Assembly: GCA_963977835.1 (NCBI GenBank)
Contig: CAXBRX010000001.1
Location: forward strand, 1-45,517
Direction of reading: 5' to 3'
DNA from: an uncultured Derxia sp.
Lineage (GTDB): Bacteria; Pseudomonadota; Gammaproteobacteria; Burkholderiales; Burkholderiaceae_E
DNA length: 45,517 nt
This document shows, one piece after another, positions 29,613 through 41,464 of the stretch. How positions within the stretch are numbered: the stretch's first letter is position 1; each line of letters opens with the position of its first letter. The position numbers and the translations under genes are program-made. Under the pieces are notes generated by a model. The model worked only from the letters and a program-made list of their open reading frames with translations, was not told the DNA's origin and searched no databases.

Positions 29613-30239
29613 TTAAGGCGCTTCGCGCCGGTTTTCGTTGGTTGCCGCTTGCATCTTGACCAGGCGCACCCGGTCTTCGCGCCGCACCGCAATCTGGCTC
29701 GGCACGCTCTGGCGCTTGGAATCCTTGCGTCGACGCAGGGTCAGCGCGATTGCCGCAATGATGGCAACCAGCAGGATGACCGCCGCGATTTCGAACGGAT
29801 AGACGTATTCGGTATAGACCAGCTTGCCCAGTTCGCGGGTGTTGCTCGAGCCCGCGGCGAGCGCCGGGATGTCGGCCGGCTCGATGCGCTTGAAGGCGTT
29901 GATGATCACGAACGCCATTTCGAGGATGACCACCACACCGACCAGCAGCGCCACCGGCAGGCTTTGCTTGAAGCCCGAGCGCAAGGCGTCGATGTTGATG
30001 TCGAGCATCATCACCACGAACAAGAACAGCACCATCACCGCGCCCACATAGACGAGGACCAGTGTGATCGCGAGGAATTCCGCCTGCAGCAGCATCCAGG
30101 TGCCCGATGCGGTACAGAACGACAGCACCAGGAACATCGCGGCATGCACCGGGTTACGCGTGGTGATCACGCGCACCGCAGCGATGACCAGCACCACCGC
30201 GAAGACGATGAACATCCAGTATTTGAAGTCGAAGGCCAT
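29613..30239 (-). CDS. nuoJ: NADH-quinone oxidoreductase subunit J
   Basis: 208 aa. [41 protein letters not shown] is a typical NuoJ N-terminus. Confidence 0.95.
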   Translation of the reverse strand: MAFDFKYWMFIVFAVVLVIAAVRVITTRNPVHAAMFLVLSFCTASGTWMLLQAEFLAITLVLVYVGAVMVLFLFVVMMLDINIDALRSGFKQSLPVALLVGVVVILEMAFVIINAFKRIEPADIPALAAGSSNTRELGKLVYTEYVYPFEIAAVILLVAIIAAIALTLRRRKDSKRQSVPSQIAVRREDRVRLVKMQAATNENRREAP

Positions 30240-30268
30240 GAGGTCCGTCTCGTGATGCGTTGCGCCGT

Positions 30269-30763
30269 TCAGCGGTAACGCGCGTCTTTGGCACGCGCGG
30301 CGGCAATGTTCTTTTCGTACCGATCCCCCACCGCGAGCAGCATTTCCTTGGTGAAGTACAGATCACCGCGCTTTTCGCCGTGGTATTCGAAGATGTCGGT
30401 CTCGACGATGGAGTCGACCGGGCAGCTTTCCTCGCAGAAACCGCAGAAGATGCATTTGGTCAGATCGATGTCGTAGCGCTTGGTGCGGCGCGTGCCGTCT
30501 TCGCGCTGCTCGGACTCGATCGAGATCGCCATCGCGGGGCAGACCGCTTCGCACAGCTTGCAGGCGATGCAGCGCTCTTCGCCGTTTTCATAACGGCGTT
30601 GCGCATGCAGGCCGCGAAAGCGCGGCGACAGCGGCGTCTTTTCTTCGGGAAACTGAATCGTGATCTTGCGCGCAAACATGTAGCGCCCGGTCAGCGCCAT
30701 GCCCTTGAGCAATTCCTTGAGCATCAGGCTGCCGAAGAAGTCCTTGATCGCATCCATCATCAA
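30269..30763 (-). CDS. nuoI: NADH-quinone oxidoreductase subunit I
   Basis: 164 aa with two 4Fe-4S ferredoxin motifs, [12 protein letters not shown] and [12 protein letters not shown]. Confidence 0.96.
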   Translation of the reverse strand: MMMDAIKDFFGSLMLKELLKGMALTGRYMFARKITIQFPEEKTPLSPRFRGLHAQRRYENGEERCIACKLCEAVCPAMAISIESEQREDGTRRTKRYDIDLTKCIFCGFCEESCPVDSIVETDIFEYHGEKRGDLYFTKEMLLAVGDRYEKNIAAARAKDARYR

Positions 30764-30787
30764 ATCCTTGCAGGAGCTCCGAGCGCG

Positions 30788-31894
30788 TCAGTGCTTGAAA
30801 ATGTTGTACGGCGTCTGCATCCACGCAGCCACGACCACCAGCCAGATCAGCGTGAGCGGAATGAAGATCTTCCAGCCCAGACGCATGATCTGGTCATAGC
30901 GGTAGCGCGGGAACGAGGCGCGGAACCAGATGAACAACGAGACGACGAAGAAGGTCTTGGCAATCAGCCAGAACCAGCCCGACAGCGAAACGATCCAGGC
31001 CGGCAGATGCATGCCGAACAGCACTTCGGGCGAGATCGGGGCCGACCAGCCGCCGAGGAACATGACCGAGGCCATCGCCGACAGCAGGATCATGTTGGCG
31101 TATTCGGCCAGGAAGAACAGCGCAAACGCCATGCCCGAGTATTCGATCATGTGGCCCGCGACGATTTCCGATTCGCCTTCGACCACGTCGAACGGATGGC
31201 GGTTGGTTTCGGCCACGCAGGCAATGATGTAGATGATGAACAGCGGGAACAGCGGGAGGAAATTCCACGACAGGAAGTTCAGCCCCATGTTCGCGCCCAT
31301 GCCGCGCAATTGCTGCTCGACGATGCCCGTCATGTTGAGCGTGCCCGAAACCAGCAGCACCGCCACCAGCACGAAGCCGACCGCGAGTTCATACGAGACC
31401 ATCTGCGCCGACGCACGCATCGCGCCGAGGAAGGCGTACTTCGAGTTCGAGGCCCAGCCGGCGATGATCACGCCGTACACGCCGAGCGAAGTGATCGCCA
31501 TCACGTAAAGCAGACCGGCATTGATGTCGGCCAGCACGATGCCGGGACCGAAAGGCATCACCGCCCATGCCGCGAGCGCCGGCATCATGACCAGCATCGG
31601 CGCCAGCATGTACAAGGGCTTGTCCACCTGGGTCGGCGTGACGATTTCCTTGAGCATCAACTTGAGCGCATCGGCGATCGGCTGCAGCAAGCCCAAAGGC
31701 CCGACGCGGTTGGGGCCCAGACGCACATGCATCCAGCCGATCATCTTGCGTTCCCAGAGCGTGAGATAGGCCACGCACAGGATCACGGGCAAGGTGATGC
31801 ACACGATGAAAAACAGCGTCTTGGCGAACAGCCAGACATAGGGCCAGCTAGACCCGAACCAATTGAGACCGTAAGCGTCGATCGCCGACATCAC
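30788..31894 (-). CDS. nuoH: NADH-quinone oxidoreductase subunit H
   Basis: 368 aa, polytopic. [31 protein letters not shown] is the conserved NuoH/ND1 motif. The ATGA overlaps the nuoG stop. Confidence 0.96.
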   Translation of the reverse strand: MMSAIDAYGLNWFGSSWPYVWLFAKTLFFIVCITLPVILCVAYLTLWERKMIGWMHVRLGPNRVGPLGLLQPIADALKLMLKEIVTPTQVDKPLYMLAPMLVMMPALAAWAVMPFGPGIVLADINAGLLYVMAITSLGVYGVIIAGWASNSKYAFLGAMRASAQMVSYELAVGFVLVAVLLVSGTLNMTGIVEQQLRGMGANMGLNFLSWNFLPLFPLFIIYIIACVAETNRHPFDVVEGESEIVAGHMIEYSGMAFALFFLAEYANMILLSAMASVMFLGGWSAPISPEVLFGMHLPAWIVSLSGWFWLIAKTFFVVSLFIWFRASFPRYRYDQIMRLGWKIFIPLTLIWLVVVAAWMQTPYNIFKH

Positions 31895-34257
31895 GCACGC
31901 TCCAGAGTGACTTCACCGAACATGGCCCCGAGCGTGGCCGTGGCTGCATGCCCCGCCGCGATGCGCACGGTATTGGCCGGCAGGCGCGCATCGGCCGCCG
32001 CGACCAGCACCGCCGAGGCCGTGCCCTGCTTGACCCGCACCGATTCACCGGCGCGCAGACCCAGCCGTTCGAGCACGCTCGGATGCGCGATCGCTTGCGG
32101 CGTGCGGCCATCGGCCGTGGCCTGCAACGAAGGCGAACGACGCACCAGCGCGTCGGCCGAATAGATGGGCACCGGCGCAATGCGTTCGAGCACCAGGCCT
32201 GCCGCTGCTTGCGCGGCCGTGACCGGCACATCGACATGATTGGTCAGGCGCGACGGCACCGAGGCGGCATCGAGAGCTTCGGTGCGGACCTGATCGATCG
32301 ATTCATAGGCGAAGCCGGAAACACCGAGCAGGTTGCCGAGCACACGCAGCACCTTCCAGCCCGGACGCGCTTCGCCGCGCGGCTTGACCACCGCCGAGAA
32401 GCTTTGCACCCGGCCTTCGGCACTGATGAAGGTGCCCGGGGTTTCGGTGAACGGCGCGATCGGCAGCACGACCTTGGCATATTCGAGCGCCTTGGTCTGG
32501 AAAGCCGAGAACGCGATCACGAATTCGGCCTGATCCATCGCGGCGCGCGCGGCGGCGGCGTTATGGCAGTCGAGTTCGGGCTCGGCGTTGAACAGCACAT
32601 AGGCCTTCTTGGGGATGGTGATCATGCGCGCGGCGTTTTCGCCGCTGCGCGCGATCGCGCCCGCCAGATAAGCACCGACGGTGTTCGCGGCTTCGGTCAG
32701 TACGCCGAAGACGGCACCGGTCTGTTCCGCGATCCATTGCGCACTGGCGGCAATGCGTGCGGCCTGCGGATGGGCGACCGCGGCATTGCCGAGGAAGACC
32801 GCCTTGCGTTCGCCGCTGAGCAACGAAGCGGCGATCGCCTTGGCGGCGTCACCGGCTTGCACGCCTTCGAGGCCGGCCGGCACCGCGACGCCCTTGGCGG
32901 CAGCGACCGCGACCACGATCTGATTGAGCGCGCCATGCCATTCCGACGGCGCGGCGATCAGCTTGTTGGCCACCGGCATCAGCAGGTCGTCATCGGCCGC
33001 ATGCAGCACATTGAGCTTCAAGCCACGGCGCGTGGCCAGACGCAGACGCACCGACAACAAGGGATGGTCTTTGCGCAGGAAGGAGCCGATCACGAGCGCG
33101 CGCTGCAAGGCGCCCACATCGGTGATCGACATGCCCAGCCAGGGCGCCGAGCCCTTGGCGAAACCGTCGCGACGCGCATCGAGTTCGAATTCGGACATGC
33201 GCAAACGGCTGTCGATGTTCTCGACGCCGAAACCGCGCATGAGTTTTTGCAGCAGATGGAGTTCTTCGTAAGTCGAATGCGGCGTGGCCAGCGCACCGAT
33301 CGCGCCCGCGCCTTCGGCATTCTTGATCGCATTGAGACCGGCGGCCGCGAATTCGAGCGCGGTCTGCCAATCGGTCGGCACCAGCTTGCCGTCCTTGCGG
33401 ATCATGGGTTGCAGCAGGCGCTCATCGGAATTCAGCGCTTCGTAGCTGAAGCGGTCCTTGTCGGACAGCCAGCATTCGTTGATCGCTTCGTTTTCGAACG
33501 GCACCACGCGCAGCACCTGGTCACGCTTGACCTGGGCGATGAGGTTCGCGCCAAGGCCATCATGCGGCGACACCGTGCGGCGGCGTGCAAGCTCCCAAGT
33601 GCGGGCGCTGTAGCGGAACGGCTTGCTCGTCAGCGCGCCCACCGGGCACAGATCGATCATGTTGCCCGAGACTTCGGAATCGACGGTACGGCCGACGAAG
33701 CTCTGGATTTCGGAATGCTCGCCACGGTTGGCCATGCCGAGTTCCATCACCCCGGCGACTTCCTGGCCGAAGCGCACGCAGCGCGTGCAATGGATGCAGC
33801 GGCTCATTTCTTCCATCGAAATGAGCGGACCGACGTTCTTGTGGAAGACGACGCGCTTTTCTTCCTGGTAGACCGAGGCCGAACCGCCGTAGCCGACCGC
33901 CAAGTCTTGCAACTGGCATTCGCCGCCTTGGTCGCAGATCGGGCAATCGAGCGGATGGTTGATGAGCAGGAATTCCATGACCGACTTCTGCGCGGCCACG
34001 GCTTTCTCGCTCTTGGTGCGCACGATCATGCCGGGGGTGACCGGCGTCGCGCAGGCCGGCAAAGGCTTGGGCGCCTTTTCGACCTCGACCAGACACATGC
34101 GGCAATTGGCCGCGATCGAGAGCTTCTTGTGATAGCAGAAGTGCGGAATGAAGACGCCCGCCTTGCTGGCGGCCTCCATGACCATCGCACCGGGCGTCAC
34201 TTCAACCTTGCGCCCGTCGATCTCGACTTCGACCATCTGGCCAACGACTGCACTCAT
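31891..34257 (-). CDS. nuoG: NADH-quinone oxidoreductase subunit G
   Basis: 788 aa. It has an N-terminal 2Fe-2S ferredoxin fold ([19 protein letters not shown]) followed by 4Fe-4S motifs and a molybdopterin-like domain. Met8 (34236) is an alternative start. Confidence 0.95.
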   Translation of the reverse strand: MSAVVGQMVEVEIDGRKVEVTPGAMVMEAASKAGVFIPHFCYHKKLSIAANCRMCLVEVEKAPKPLPACATPVTPGMIVRTKSEKAVAAQKSVMEFLLINHPLDCPICDQGGECQLQDLAVGYGGSASVYQEEKRVVFHKNVGPLISMEEMSRCIHCTRCVRFGQEVAGVMELGMANRGEHSEIQSFVGRTVDSEVSGNMIDLCPVGALTSKPFRYSARTWELARRRTVSPHDGLGANLIAQVKRDQVLRVVPFENEAINECWLSDKDRFSYEALNSDERLLQPMIRKDGKLVPTDWQTALEFAAAGLNAIKNAEGAGAIGALATPHSTYEELHLLQKLMRGFGVENIDSRLRMSEFELDARRDGFAKGSAPWLGMSITDVGALQRALVIGSFLRKDHPLLSVRLRLATRRGLKLNVLHAADDDLLMPVANKLIAAPSEWHGALNQIVVAVAAAKGVAVPAGLEGVQAGDAAKAIAASLLSGERKAVFLGNAAVAHPQAARIAASAQWIAEQTGAVFGVLTEAANTVGAYLAGAIARSGENAARMITIPKKAYVLFNAEPELDCHNAAAARAAMDQAEFVIAFSAFQTKALEYAKVVLPIAPFTETPGTFISAEGRVQSFSAVVKPRGEARPGWKVLRVLGNLLGVSGFAYESIDQVRTEALDAASVPSRLTNHVDVPVTAAQAAAGLVLERIAPVPIYSADALVRRSPSLQATADGRTPQAIAHPSVLERLGLRAGESVRVKQGTASAVLVAAADARLPANTVRIAAGHAATATLGAMFGEVTLERA

Positions 34258-34324
34258 CTACCAGCCCTTGTCGTTTCCTGTTTGCCGCAATGCGGCCGTT
34301 CGTGTTCTCGCCTCGCCACGTCGT

Positions 34325-35638
34325 TCAGACGTATTGCGGAACGAGACACGTCTTGTGCTCGATGTGATACGCGAACTCGTCGCGGTAATGCTTGAGGAAG
34401 CCGCGCACCGGCATCGCCGCCGCATCGCCCAAAGCGCAGATCGTGCGGCCCATGATGTTGCCGGCCACGCGATCGAGCTGGTCGAGGTCTTCCTGCCGGC
34501 CTTGCCCGTGCTCGATCCGATGCACCATGCGATACAGCCAGCCCGTGCCTTCACGGCAAGGCGTGCACTGCCCGCAGCTTTCCTCGAAATAAAAGTACGA
34601 CAGACGCTCGAGCGATTTCACCGCGCAACGCGTTTCGTCCATCACGATCACCGCGCCCGAACCGAGCATCGATCCCGCCTTGGCGATCGAGTCGTAGTCC
34701 ATGGTGCAGTCCATGATGATGTTCGCCGGGATCACCGGGGCCGACGAACCGCCCGGGATCACCATCTTGAGCTTCTTGCCGCCGCGCATGCCGCCCGCGA
34801 GTTCGAGCAGCTTCGAGAACGGCGTGCCCATCGGGATCTCGTAATTGCCGGGGTAGTTCACGTCGCCGGAGATCGAGAAGATCTTGGTGCCGCCGTTGTT
34901 CGGCTTGCCGCATTCGAGATAAGCCTGCGCGCCGTTGCGGATGATCCAGGGCACCGCCGCGAAGGTCTCGGTGTTGTTGATCGTGGTCGGCTTGCCGTAC
35001 AGACCGAAGCTCGCCGGGAACGGCGGCTTGAAGCGCGGCTGGCCCTTCTTGCCTTCGATCGATTCGAGCAGCGCGGTTTCTTCGCCGCAAATGTAGGCGC
35101 CGTAACCATGATGCGCATGCAACTGGAAGTTGAAGCCGCTGCCCAGGATGTTGTCGCCCAGCAAGCCGGCCTGACGCGCTTCTTCGAGCGCCTCTTCGAA
35201 GCGTTTGTAGACTTCGAAGATTTCGCCGTGGATGTAGTTGTAGCCGACCGTCGCGCCCATCGCATAGGCCGCGATCGCCATGCCTTCGATGACGATGTGC
35301 GGGTTGTAGCGCAGGATGTCGCGGTCTTTGAATGTACCGGGTTCGCCTTCGTCCGAATTGCAGACCAGGTACTTCTGGCCCGGGAACTGGCGCGGCATGA
35401 AGCTCCACTTCAAGCCGGTCGGGAAGCCCGCGCCGCCACGGCCACGCAGCGCCGACGCCTTGAGGTCGGCGATGACCTGATCTTGCGTGATCTTCTCGGT
35501 CAGGATCTTCTTGAGCGCTTCGTAACCGCCGCGCTTGACGTAATCGGCCAGGCGCCAGTTGTTGCCATCGAGCCCGGCGAGAATTTGCGGGTTGATGTGG
35601 CGGCCGTGGAAGCAGGAGGACAATGTCGGTGCGTTCAT
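34325..35638 (-). CDS. nuoF: NADH-quinone oxidoreductase subunit F
   Basis: 437 aa. [13 protein letters not shown] is the FMN/NADH site and [12 protein letters not shown] is the 4Fe-4S motif. Confidence 0.96.
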   Translation of the reverse strand: MNAPTLSSCFHGRHINPQILAGLDGNNWRLADYVKRGGYEALKKILTEKITQDQVIADLKASALRGRGGAGFPTGLKWSFMPRQFPGQKYLVCNSDEGEPGTFKDRDILRYNPHIVIEGMAIAAYAMGATVGYNYIHGEIFEVYKRFEEALEEARQAGLLGDNILGSGFNFQLHAHHGYGAYICGEETALLESIEGKKGQPRFKPPFPASFGLYGKPTTINNTETFAAVPWIIRNGAQAYLECGKPNNGGTKIFSISGDVNYPGNYEIPMGTPFSKLLELAGGMRGGKKLKMVIPGGSSAPVIPANIIMDCTMDYDSIAKAGSMLGSGAVIVMDETRCAVKSLERLSYFYFEESCGQCTPCREGTGWLYRMVHRIEHGQGRQEDLDQLDRVAGNIMGRTICALGDAAAMPVRGFLKHYRDEFAYHIEHKTCLVPQYV

Positions 35639-35642
35639 CGCA

Positions 35643-36149
35643 TCAATCCTTCTTGAGCTCGTCGACCAGCGCGTCGAGCTTGTCGTCCGACATGTAGCTG
35701 CACATCCGGTGATTGTTCACGAGCAGCACCGGCGCATCGCCGCAGGCGCCCATGCATTCGCCTTCGATCAGCGTGAAGCGGCCGTCCGCCGTGGTTTCCT
35801 TGTACTCGATGCCGAGCTTTTCGCGCAGATGACGCGCGGCATGCTCACCACCCGAAAGCGCGCACGGCAGGTTGGTACAGACCGAGATCTTGTACTTGCC
35901 GACCGGCTTGGTGTTGTACATGTTGTAGAACGACGCGACTTCCCAGACCGCGATCGACGGCATCTCGAGCACGGCCGCGACGTCGTCGATGACCTCGGGC
36001 GCGAGCCAGCCTTTTTCTTCCTGCGCGATGGCCAGCACGGCCATGACCGCCGACTGCTTCTGGTCGGCCGGGTACTTCGCGACTTCGCGCTCGATCCGAC
36101 GATAGGACTCGTCGGACAGCAGGCGGGTATTGGAGGGAACGGCGCTCAT
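35643..36149 (-). CDS. nuoE: NADH-quinone oxidoreductase subunit E
   Basis: 168 aa. The 2Fe-2S cysteines lie in VCTNLPCAL ... [11 protein letters not shown]. Confidence 0.95.
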   Translation of the reverse strand: MSAVPSNTRLLSDESYRRIEREVAKYPADQKQSAVMAVLAIAQEEKGWLAPEVIDDVAAVLEMPSIAVWEVASFYNMYNTKPVGKYKISVCTNLPCALSGGEHAARHLREKLGIEYKETTADGRFTLIEGECMGACGDAPVLLVNNHRMCSYMSDDKLDALVDELKKD

Positions 36150-36155
36150 GCGGAT

Positions 36156-37409
36156 TTACCTGTCGATGGACCCGAACACGATGTCCTGGGTCCCGATGAT
36201 GGTGACGGCATCGGCGATCATGTGGCCGCGCGCCATTTCATCGAGCGCGGCCAGATGCGCGTAGTCGGGAGTACGGATCTTGAGGCGGTACGGCTTGTTC
36301 GCGCCGTCGGACACCAGATAGATGCCGAATTCGCCCTTCGGATGCTCGATCGCCGACCAGGCTTCGCCTTCGGGCACATGCATGCCTTCGGTGAACAGCT
36401 TGAAATGGTGGATCAGCTCTTCCATGTTGGACTTCATGTCCACGCGCGAAGGCGGCGCCACCTTGTGGTTGTCGGTCATGACCGGGCCGGGGTTGTTGCG
36501 CAGCCATTCGACGCATTGTTTGATGATGCGGTTGGCCTGACGCATTTCTTCCATGCGGACCAGATAACGGTCGTAGCTGTCGCCGTTCTTGCCGACCGGA
36601 ATGTCGAAGTCGAGCAGGTCATAGACTTCGTAGGGCTGGTTCTTGCGCAGATCCCATTCGAAGCCCGACCCGCGCAGCATCGCGCCGGTGAAGCCGAGCT
36701 GCAGCGCGCGCTCGGGCGAGACCACGCCGATGCCGACCAGACGCTGCTTCCAGATCCGGTTGTCGGTCAGCAGGGTTTCGTATTCGTCGACGTACTTCGG
36801 GAACCGGTTGGTGAAGTCTTCGATGAAGTCGAGCAGCGAGCCTTCGCGATTGGCGTTGAGGTCGCGGATCGCCTTCTCGTTGCGCAGCTTCGAGGCCTTG
36901 TACTTGGGCATCTCGTCGGGCAGGTCGCGATAGACACCGCCCGGACGGTAGTAGGCCGCATGCATGCGCGCGCCCGACACCGCTTCGTACATGTCGAACA
37001 AGTCTTCGCGCTCGCGGAAGGCGTACAGAAACACCGCCATCGCGCCCACGTCGAGGCCGTGGCAACCGAGCCAAAGCAAATGGTTCAGCAACCGGGTGAT
37101 TTCGTCGTACATCACGCGGATGTATTGCGCGCGCAGCGGCACTTCGATGCCGAGCAGCTTTTCGATCGCGAGCACATAACCGTGCTCGTTGGCCATCATC
37201 GACACATAGTCGAGACGGTCCATGTAGGGCACGTTCTGCAGGAAAGTCTTTTGCTCGGCGAGCTTTTCGGTCGCGCGATGCAACAGCCCGATGTGCGGAT
37301 CGGCGCGCTGGATGACTTCGCCGTCGAGTTCGAGCACCAGACGCAGCACACCGTGCGCCGCCGGGTGCTGGGGTCCGAAATTCAGCGTGTAATTCTTGAT
37401 GTCGGCCAT
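36156..37409 (-). CDS. nuoD: NADH-quinone oxidoreductase subunit D
   Basis: 417 aa. [31 protein letters not shown] is the canonical NuoD N-terminus. Confidence 0.97.
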   Translation of the reverse strand: MADIKNYTLNFGPQHPAAHGVLRLVLELDGEVIQRADPHIGLLHRATEKLAEQKTFLQNVPYMDRLDYVSMMANEHGYVLAIEKLLGIEVPLRAQYIRVMYDEITRLLNHLLWLGCHGLDVGAMAVFLYAFREREDLFDMYEAVSGARMHAAYYRPGGVYRDLPDEMPKYKASKLRNEKAIRDLNANREGSLLDFIEDFTNRFPKYVDEYETLLTDNRIWKQRLVGIGVVSPERALQLGFTGAMLRGSGFEWDLRKNQPYEVYDLLDFDIPVGKNGDSYDRYLVRMEEMRQANRIIKQCVEWLRNNPGPVMTDNHKVAPPSRVDMKSNMEELIHHFKLFTEGMHVPEGEAWSAIEHPKGEFGIYLVSDGANKPYRLKIRTPDYAHLAALDEMARGHMIADAVTIIGTQDIVFGSIDR

Positions 37410-37418
37410 CGTGCTTCC

Positions 37419-38015
37419 TCAGCGCCCTTGCCCGTAGGCGTCTTCGCGAATGATGCGCGGCGTGTTCTCGCGCGGCTCGATCGTGACCGGTTGATAGATG
37501 ACGCGCTTTTGTTCGGGGTCGTAGCGCATCTCGACATAGCCCGACACCGGGAAATCCTTGCGGAACGGGTGTCCGATGAAACCGTAGTCGGTCAGCAGGC
37601 GGCGCAGGTCGGCGTGACCATCGAAGACGATGCCGTACAGATCGAAGGCTTCGCGCTCGTACCAGTTGGCCGAGGTCCAGAGCTCGGTCACCGAAGCGAC
37701 CACCGGGAATTCATCGTCGGGCGCGAACACGCGCACACGCAGACGCTGGTTGAGCGACACCGACAACAGATGCGAGACCGCCGCGTAGCGCGGACCTTCC
37801 CAGGGCTGATCCTTGTAGGCCGAGTAATCCATGCCGCACAAGTCGATGAGCTGCTCGAACTTCAAACCCGGTTCGTCGCGCAGCAGGCGCATCGATTCGA
37901 AATAACGATCGGCCGCGAGTTCGACGGTGATCTCGCCCAAGGCGTTCTTGATGGAACGCAGACGATCCCCGAGTACGTTCTGGAGCGTGGTCTGCAACTG
38001 CTCGAGTCGTGTCAT
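37419..38015 (-). CDS. nuoC: NADH-quinone oxidoreductase subunit C
   Basis: 198 aa. The [24 protein letters not shown]-type motif is present ([24 protein letters not shown]). Confidence 0.95.
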   Translation of the reverse strand: MTRLEQLQTTLQNVLGDRLRSIKNALGEITVELAADRYFESMRLLRDEPGLKFEQLIDLCGMDYSAYKDQPWEGPRYAAVSHLLSVSLNQRLRVRVFAPDDEFPVVASVTELWTSANWYEREAFDLYGIVFDGHADLRRLLTDYGFIGHPFRKDFPVSGYVEMRYDPEQKRVIYQPVTIEPRENTPRIIREDAYGQGR

Positions 38016-38073
38016 GGTGTGCTTGACTTGGCGTATTCAGCGATGGGCGGCGCTGGAAGTGGTTCTGGTGCTT

Positions 38074-38550
38074 TCAGCGCGCGATCGTGCAGGTGCGCTT
38101 GATCTTGTTCTGCAACTGGATGATCCCGTACAGCAGCGCTTCGGCGGTCGGCGGGCAGCCGGGAACGTAAATGTCGACGGGCACGATGCGGTCGCAGCCG
38201 CGCACGACCGAATAGCTGTAGTGGTAATAGCCGCCGCCGTTGGCGCACGAGCCCATGGAGATGACCCAGCGCGGTTCGGGCATCTGGTCGTAGACCTTGC
38301 GCAGCGCGGGCGCCATCTTGTTGCACAGGGTGCCGGCGACGATCATCACGTCGCTCTGGCGCGGGCTCGGACGGAACACGACGCCGAATCGGTCCATGTC
38401 GTAACGCGACGCGCCCGCATGCATCATCTCGACCGCGCAGCAGGCCAGACCGAACGTCACCGGCCATAGCGACCCGGTACGCGTCCAGTTGATCAGCTTG
38501 TCCGCTGTCGTGGTGATGAAACCTTCGCTCAATACGCCTTCGATGCTCAT
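38074..38550 (-). CDS. nuoB: NADH-quinone oxidoreductase subunit B
   Basis: 158 aa. [20 protein letters not shown] and GCPP are the N2 cluster motifs. Confidence 0.97.
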   Translation of the reverse strand: MSIEGVLSEGFITTTADKLINWTRTGSLWPVTFGLACCAVEMMHAGASRYDMDRFGVVFRPSPRQSDVMIVAGTLCNKMAPALRKVYDQMPEPRWVISMGSCANGGGYYHYSYSVVRGCDRIVPVDIYVPGCPPTAEALLYGIIQLQNKIKRTCTIAR

Positions 38551-38564
38551 GCTGCCCTCGCGCT

Positions 38565-38583
38565 CGCGGCCACGATGGCCGCG
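38565..38583 (-). other. Intercistronic stem-loop between nuoA and nuoB
   Basis: CGCGGCCA cga TGGCCGCG is a perfect 8-bp GC-rich stem with a 3-nt loop. It lies 15 nt upstream of the nuoB ATG on the mRNA. Confidence 0.4.
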
Positions 38584-38608
38584 CCAGCTTTGACGATCAA
38601 CCGCCTGC

Positions 38609-38968
38609 TCATTCCCAGTCCAGGGCGCCCTTTTTCCATTCGTAGGCGAAGCCCACGACGAGAATGCCGAGGAACACCATCATTGCCCAGAAGCCGAAAT
38701 GGCCGATGTCGCCGAGCGAAATCGCCCACGGAAACAGGAAGGCGATTTCGAGGTCGAACAGGATGAACAGAATGGCCACGAGGTAGTAGCGCACGTCGAA
38801 CTTCATGCGTGCGTCTTCAAACGCCTCGAAACCGCATTCGTAAGGAGAAAGCTTCTCTGAATCGGGCTTGTGGGGACCGAGGATCCGCCCGAGGATCGGC
38901 AAAATCGCAGCCACTGCGAAGCCGACGAGGATGAACATCAGAATCGGAAAATAGCTTTCGAGATTCAC
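38609..38968 (-). CDS. nuoA: NADH-quinone oxidoreductase subunit A (GTG start)
   Basis: 119 aa. [33 protein letters not shown] is the conserved NuoA/ND3 motif. The start codon at 38966..38968 reads GTG on the minus strand. Confidence 0.95.
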   Translation of the reverse strand: MNLESYFPILMFILVGFAVAAILPILGRILGPHKPDSEKLSPYECGFEAFEDARMKFDVRYYLVAILFILFDLEIAFLFPWAISLGDIGHFGFWAMMVFLGILVVGFAYEWKKGALDWE

Positions 38969-39033
38969 AGTGAGTTCCCAGCCCTTGACATCAACGATAG
39001 GTCGCGCGGTTGCGCGATCATCAGGAAACCACT

Positions 39034-39118
39034 TGGTGCCGACGGCGAGACTCGAACTCGCACAGCTTTCGCCACTACCCCCTCAAGATAGCGTGTCTAC
39101 CAATTTCACCACGTCGGC
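39034..39118 (-). tRNA. tRNA-Leu (anticodon GAG), type II with long variable arm, CCA encoded
   Basis: The minus strand reads GCCGACG TG GTG AAATTGGTAGA CAC G CTATC TTGAGGG GGTAG TGGCGAAAGCTGT GCGAG TTCGAGT CTCGC CGTCGGC A CCA. The acceptor stem is 7 bp, the T-loop is TTCGAGT, and the 7-nt anticodon loop has GAG at positions 34-36. Total length is 85 nt. Confidence 0.93.
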
Positions 39119-39211
39119 ACGTGGACTACTCAACCCAGCACTGCGCCTACCGGAGGAATGCAGGCGCGCATCAGCGTCGTGCAACGCAAAAGCGCCGGTA
39201 TTGTAAAACAG

Positions 39212-39580
39212 TTACTTCGGAATCTCGTTGGCTTTACCTGCATCGGCCGGCGTTTGCGGCGCCGGAGCAACCGCGCCCGCAGGCGCCGACGGCGCCACCG
39301 GGACGTTCGACATCACTCCGCCGGCAGGCGTCGCCGCGATCTTGCCGGACGACACCAGCGACAGACCCAGCGTGCAAACGAAAAACACCGAGGCGACCAC
39401 CGCGGTCGAACGGCTCAGAAAATTCGCCGAACCCGTGGCCCCGAACAGGCTGCCCGAAGCGCCGCTACCGAAAGCCGCACCCATGTCAGCGCCTTTGCCG
39501 TGCTGAAGCAGCACCAGGACGACCACCGCGATGGCCGACAGCAGCTGCAACACCTGAAGCAACGTTCCGATCATATGCAT
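39212..39580 (-). CDS. secG: Preprotein translocase subunit SecG
   Basis: Start trimmed to MHMIGTLLQVLQLLSAIAVVVLVLLQHGKGADMGAAFGSGASGSLFGATGSANFLSR, the canonical SecG pattern (LLQxGKG...GxxFG). It has a Pro/Ala-rich tail. Met at 39574 is an alternative start. Confidence 0.88.
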   Translation of the reverse strand: MHMIGTLLQVLQLLSAIAVVVLVLLQHGKGADMGAAFGSGASGSLFGATGSANFLSRSTAVVASVFFVCTLGLSLVSSGKIAATPAGGVMSNVPVAPSAPAGAVAPAPQTPADAGKANEIPK

Positions 39581-39581
39581 C

Positions 39582-40340
39582 TCAACCCTCCGCCACGGCA
39601 TTGCTCGCCGCGATGATGGCCAGGAAATCCTGAGCCACCAACGACGCCCCACCGATCAGACCACCATCGATGTCGGGCATCGAAAAAATCCCTGCGGCAT
39701 TCGCCGCCTTCACACTGCCACCGTACAGCACCGGCGTCGCTTCGCGTCCGGCATCGCGCAACAAGACGCGGATGAACGCGTGCACTTCCTGCGCCTGCTC
39801 GGGCGTCGCCGTCTTGCCGGTGCCGATCGCCCAGACCGGCTCGTAGGCCACGACGAAATCGGCACCCAACGCGTCGCCGCATTCGAGCACCGCACGCAAC
39901 TGCGATTCGACGACGTTGAAGGTCTCGTCCGCTTCGCGTTGCGCCAGGGTTTCGCCCACGCACACGATCGGAATCAACCCCGCCTTCACCGCCGCCACTG
40001 CCTTGCGCGCGACCGCATCGCTGGTTTCGCCATGCAGAGCGCGACGCTCCGAATGACCGACGATGGCAAGGCGCGCACCAAACTCCGCCACCATGGCACC
40101 CGCCACCTCGCCGGTGTAGGCACCCGATGCATGCTCGCTCACATCCTGCGCACCGAACAACAACGCAGAGCCGGCGAGCACGGCCTTGGTCTGCGCGAGG
40201 TAAGGTGCCGGCACGCAAACCCCAGCGCGCGTGGCACCACCCACCTGAACACCCGCCTTCAATGCCTCGAGCAAGGCCTCGTTCGAAGCGAGGCTGCCGT
40301 GCATCTTCCAGTTACCGACAACCCAGCGCGTACGTTGCAT
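39582..40340 (-). CDS. tpiA: Triose-phosphate isomerase
   Basis: 252 aa. Motifs present are VVGNWKMHG, IVGHSERR, AYEPVWAIGTG and YGGSV. Confidence 0.96.
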   Translation of the reverse strand: MQRTRWVVGNWKMHGSLASNEALLEALKAGVQVGGATRAGVCVPAPYLAQTKAVLAGSALLFGAQDVSEHASGAYTGEVAGAMVAEFGARLAIVGHSERRALHGETSDAVARKAVAAVKAGLIPIVCVGETLAQREADETFNVVESQLRAVLECGDALGADFVVAYEPVWAIGTGKTATPEQAQEVHAFIRVLLRDAGREATPVLYGGSVKAANAAGIFSMPDIDGGLIGGASLVAQDFLAIIAASNAVAEG

Positions 40341-40399
40341 TCTGGCGTTCTGATCGAGGTCGAAATGAGTTTTCAGGGCGCAAGCGACAAAGCCTGAAA

Positions 40400-40428
40400 A
40401 TTATAGCCTACCGTGCGAATGATTCCAA
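40400..40428 (-). promoter_or_regulatory. Candidate sigma70 promoter for tpiA-secG(-tRNA-Leu-nuo?)
   Basis: The minus strand reads TTGGAA (rc of 40423..40428), a 17-nt spacer, then TATAAT (rc of 40400..40405). The -10 hexamer lies about 60 nt upstream of the tpiA ATG at 40340. Confidence 0.5.
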
Positions 40429-40441
40429 ACAATCGCGACAC

Positions 40442-41464
40442 TCATTGCATCGTGATGACGATCTTGCCGATGTGTTCGCTGGCCTCCATCAAGCGATGGG
40501 CCTGCGCCGCTTCGTCCATCGTGAAAGTGCGATAGACCGCCGGCCGCATCGCCTGCGACGCATACAAGGGCCAGACGCGCTCGCGCAAGGTCTGCGCGAT
40601 CCTGGCCTTGAACGCCACCTCGCGTGCGCGCAAGGTCGAGCCGGTCAGCGTGAGCCGACGCCGCAACACCTGCGCCAGATCGACTTCCGATTTGGCGCCG
40701 CCGATGAGGGCAATGAGCACGATGCGGCCGTCATCCGCCAGGGAATTGATCTCGCGCGGGATGTAATGCCCGCCGACCATGTCGAGCACCACGTCCACGC
40801 CCACGCCGCCGGTCGCGGTGCGCACCACCTCGACGAAATCCTCGCTGCGGTAATTGATGCCGCGTTCGGCGCCCAAGGCTTCGCAAGCACGCGCCTTGTC
40901 GTCGCTGCCCGCAGTCGCGAACACCCGGTGCCCGAGCGCATGTGCCATTTGAATGGCCGTCACGCCGATGCCACTGGTGCCGCCCTGGACCAGCAGGGTT
41001 TCGGGCTGGCCGTCGTCACGCGTGCCGAGCCGCGCGCGATCGAAGACATTGCTCCAGACCGTGAAATGCGTTTCAGGCAAGGAAGCCGCCTCCACCAACG
41101 AGCAATGCGCCGGAATCGGCAGGCATTGCGCGGCGGGCGCCGCGCAATACTGCGCATACCCGCCGCCCGCCACCAGCGCGCAGACCTCGTCGCCGATCTT
41201 CCATGCCGACCCGGACAGATCGCCGCCGACGATGCGGCCGGCGACTTCGAGCCCGGGCAGATCGGAGGCACCGGCCGGGGGCGGATACATGCCCTTGCGC
41301 TGCAAGACATCGGGACGGTTCACGCCCGCCGCCGCGACCTGGATCAAGACCTCGCCGGGCTTGCATTGCGGCACCGGCCGATCGATGACTTGCAAGACTT
41401 CCGCCGCGCCCGGCGCCGTGATGGCGACCGCGCGCATGGTCGAGGGAATTGCGCTGCTGCTCAT
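40442..41464 (-). CDS. NAD(P)H:quinone oxidoreductase, PIG3/zeta-crystallin (MDR) family
   Basis: Start trimmed to MSSSAIPSTMRAVAI... GVNRPDVLQRKGMYPPPAGASDLPGLEVAG matches the PIG3-type quinone reductase signature as I recall it. The ATG overlaps the upstream stop as ATGA. Confidence 0.85.
   Translation of the reverse strand: MSSSAIPSTMRAVAITAPGAAEVLQVIDRPVPQCKPGEVLIQVAAAGVNRPDVLQRKGMYPPPAGASDLPGLEVAGRIVGGDLSGSAWKIGDEVCALVAGGGYAQYCAAPAAQCLPIPAHCSLVEAASLPETHFTVWSNVFDRARLGTRDDGQPETLLVQGGTSGIGVTAIQMAHALGHRVFATAGSDDKARACEALGAERGINYRSEDFVEVVRTATGGVGVDVVLDMVGGHYIPREINSLADDGRIVLIALIGGAKSEVDLAQVLRRRLTLTGSTLRAREVAFKARIAQTLRERVWPLYASQAMRPAVYRTFTMDEAAQAHRLMEASEHIGKIVITMQ

Noticed and set aside
40370-40400. 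A hairpin (TTTTCAGG ... CCTGAAAA, 8-bp stem, 15-nt loop) between qor and tpiA, considered as the qor terminator.
   Set aside because: On the minus strand it is followed by CTCATTTCG, not a U-tract, and its upstream arm overlaps the last base of the candidate -10 hexamer of the tpiA promoter. Its role is ambiguous, so it is not called as a terminator.
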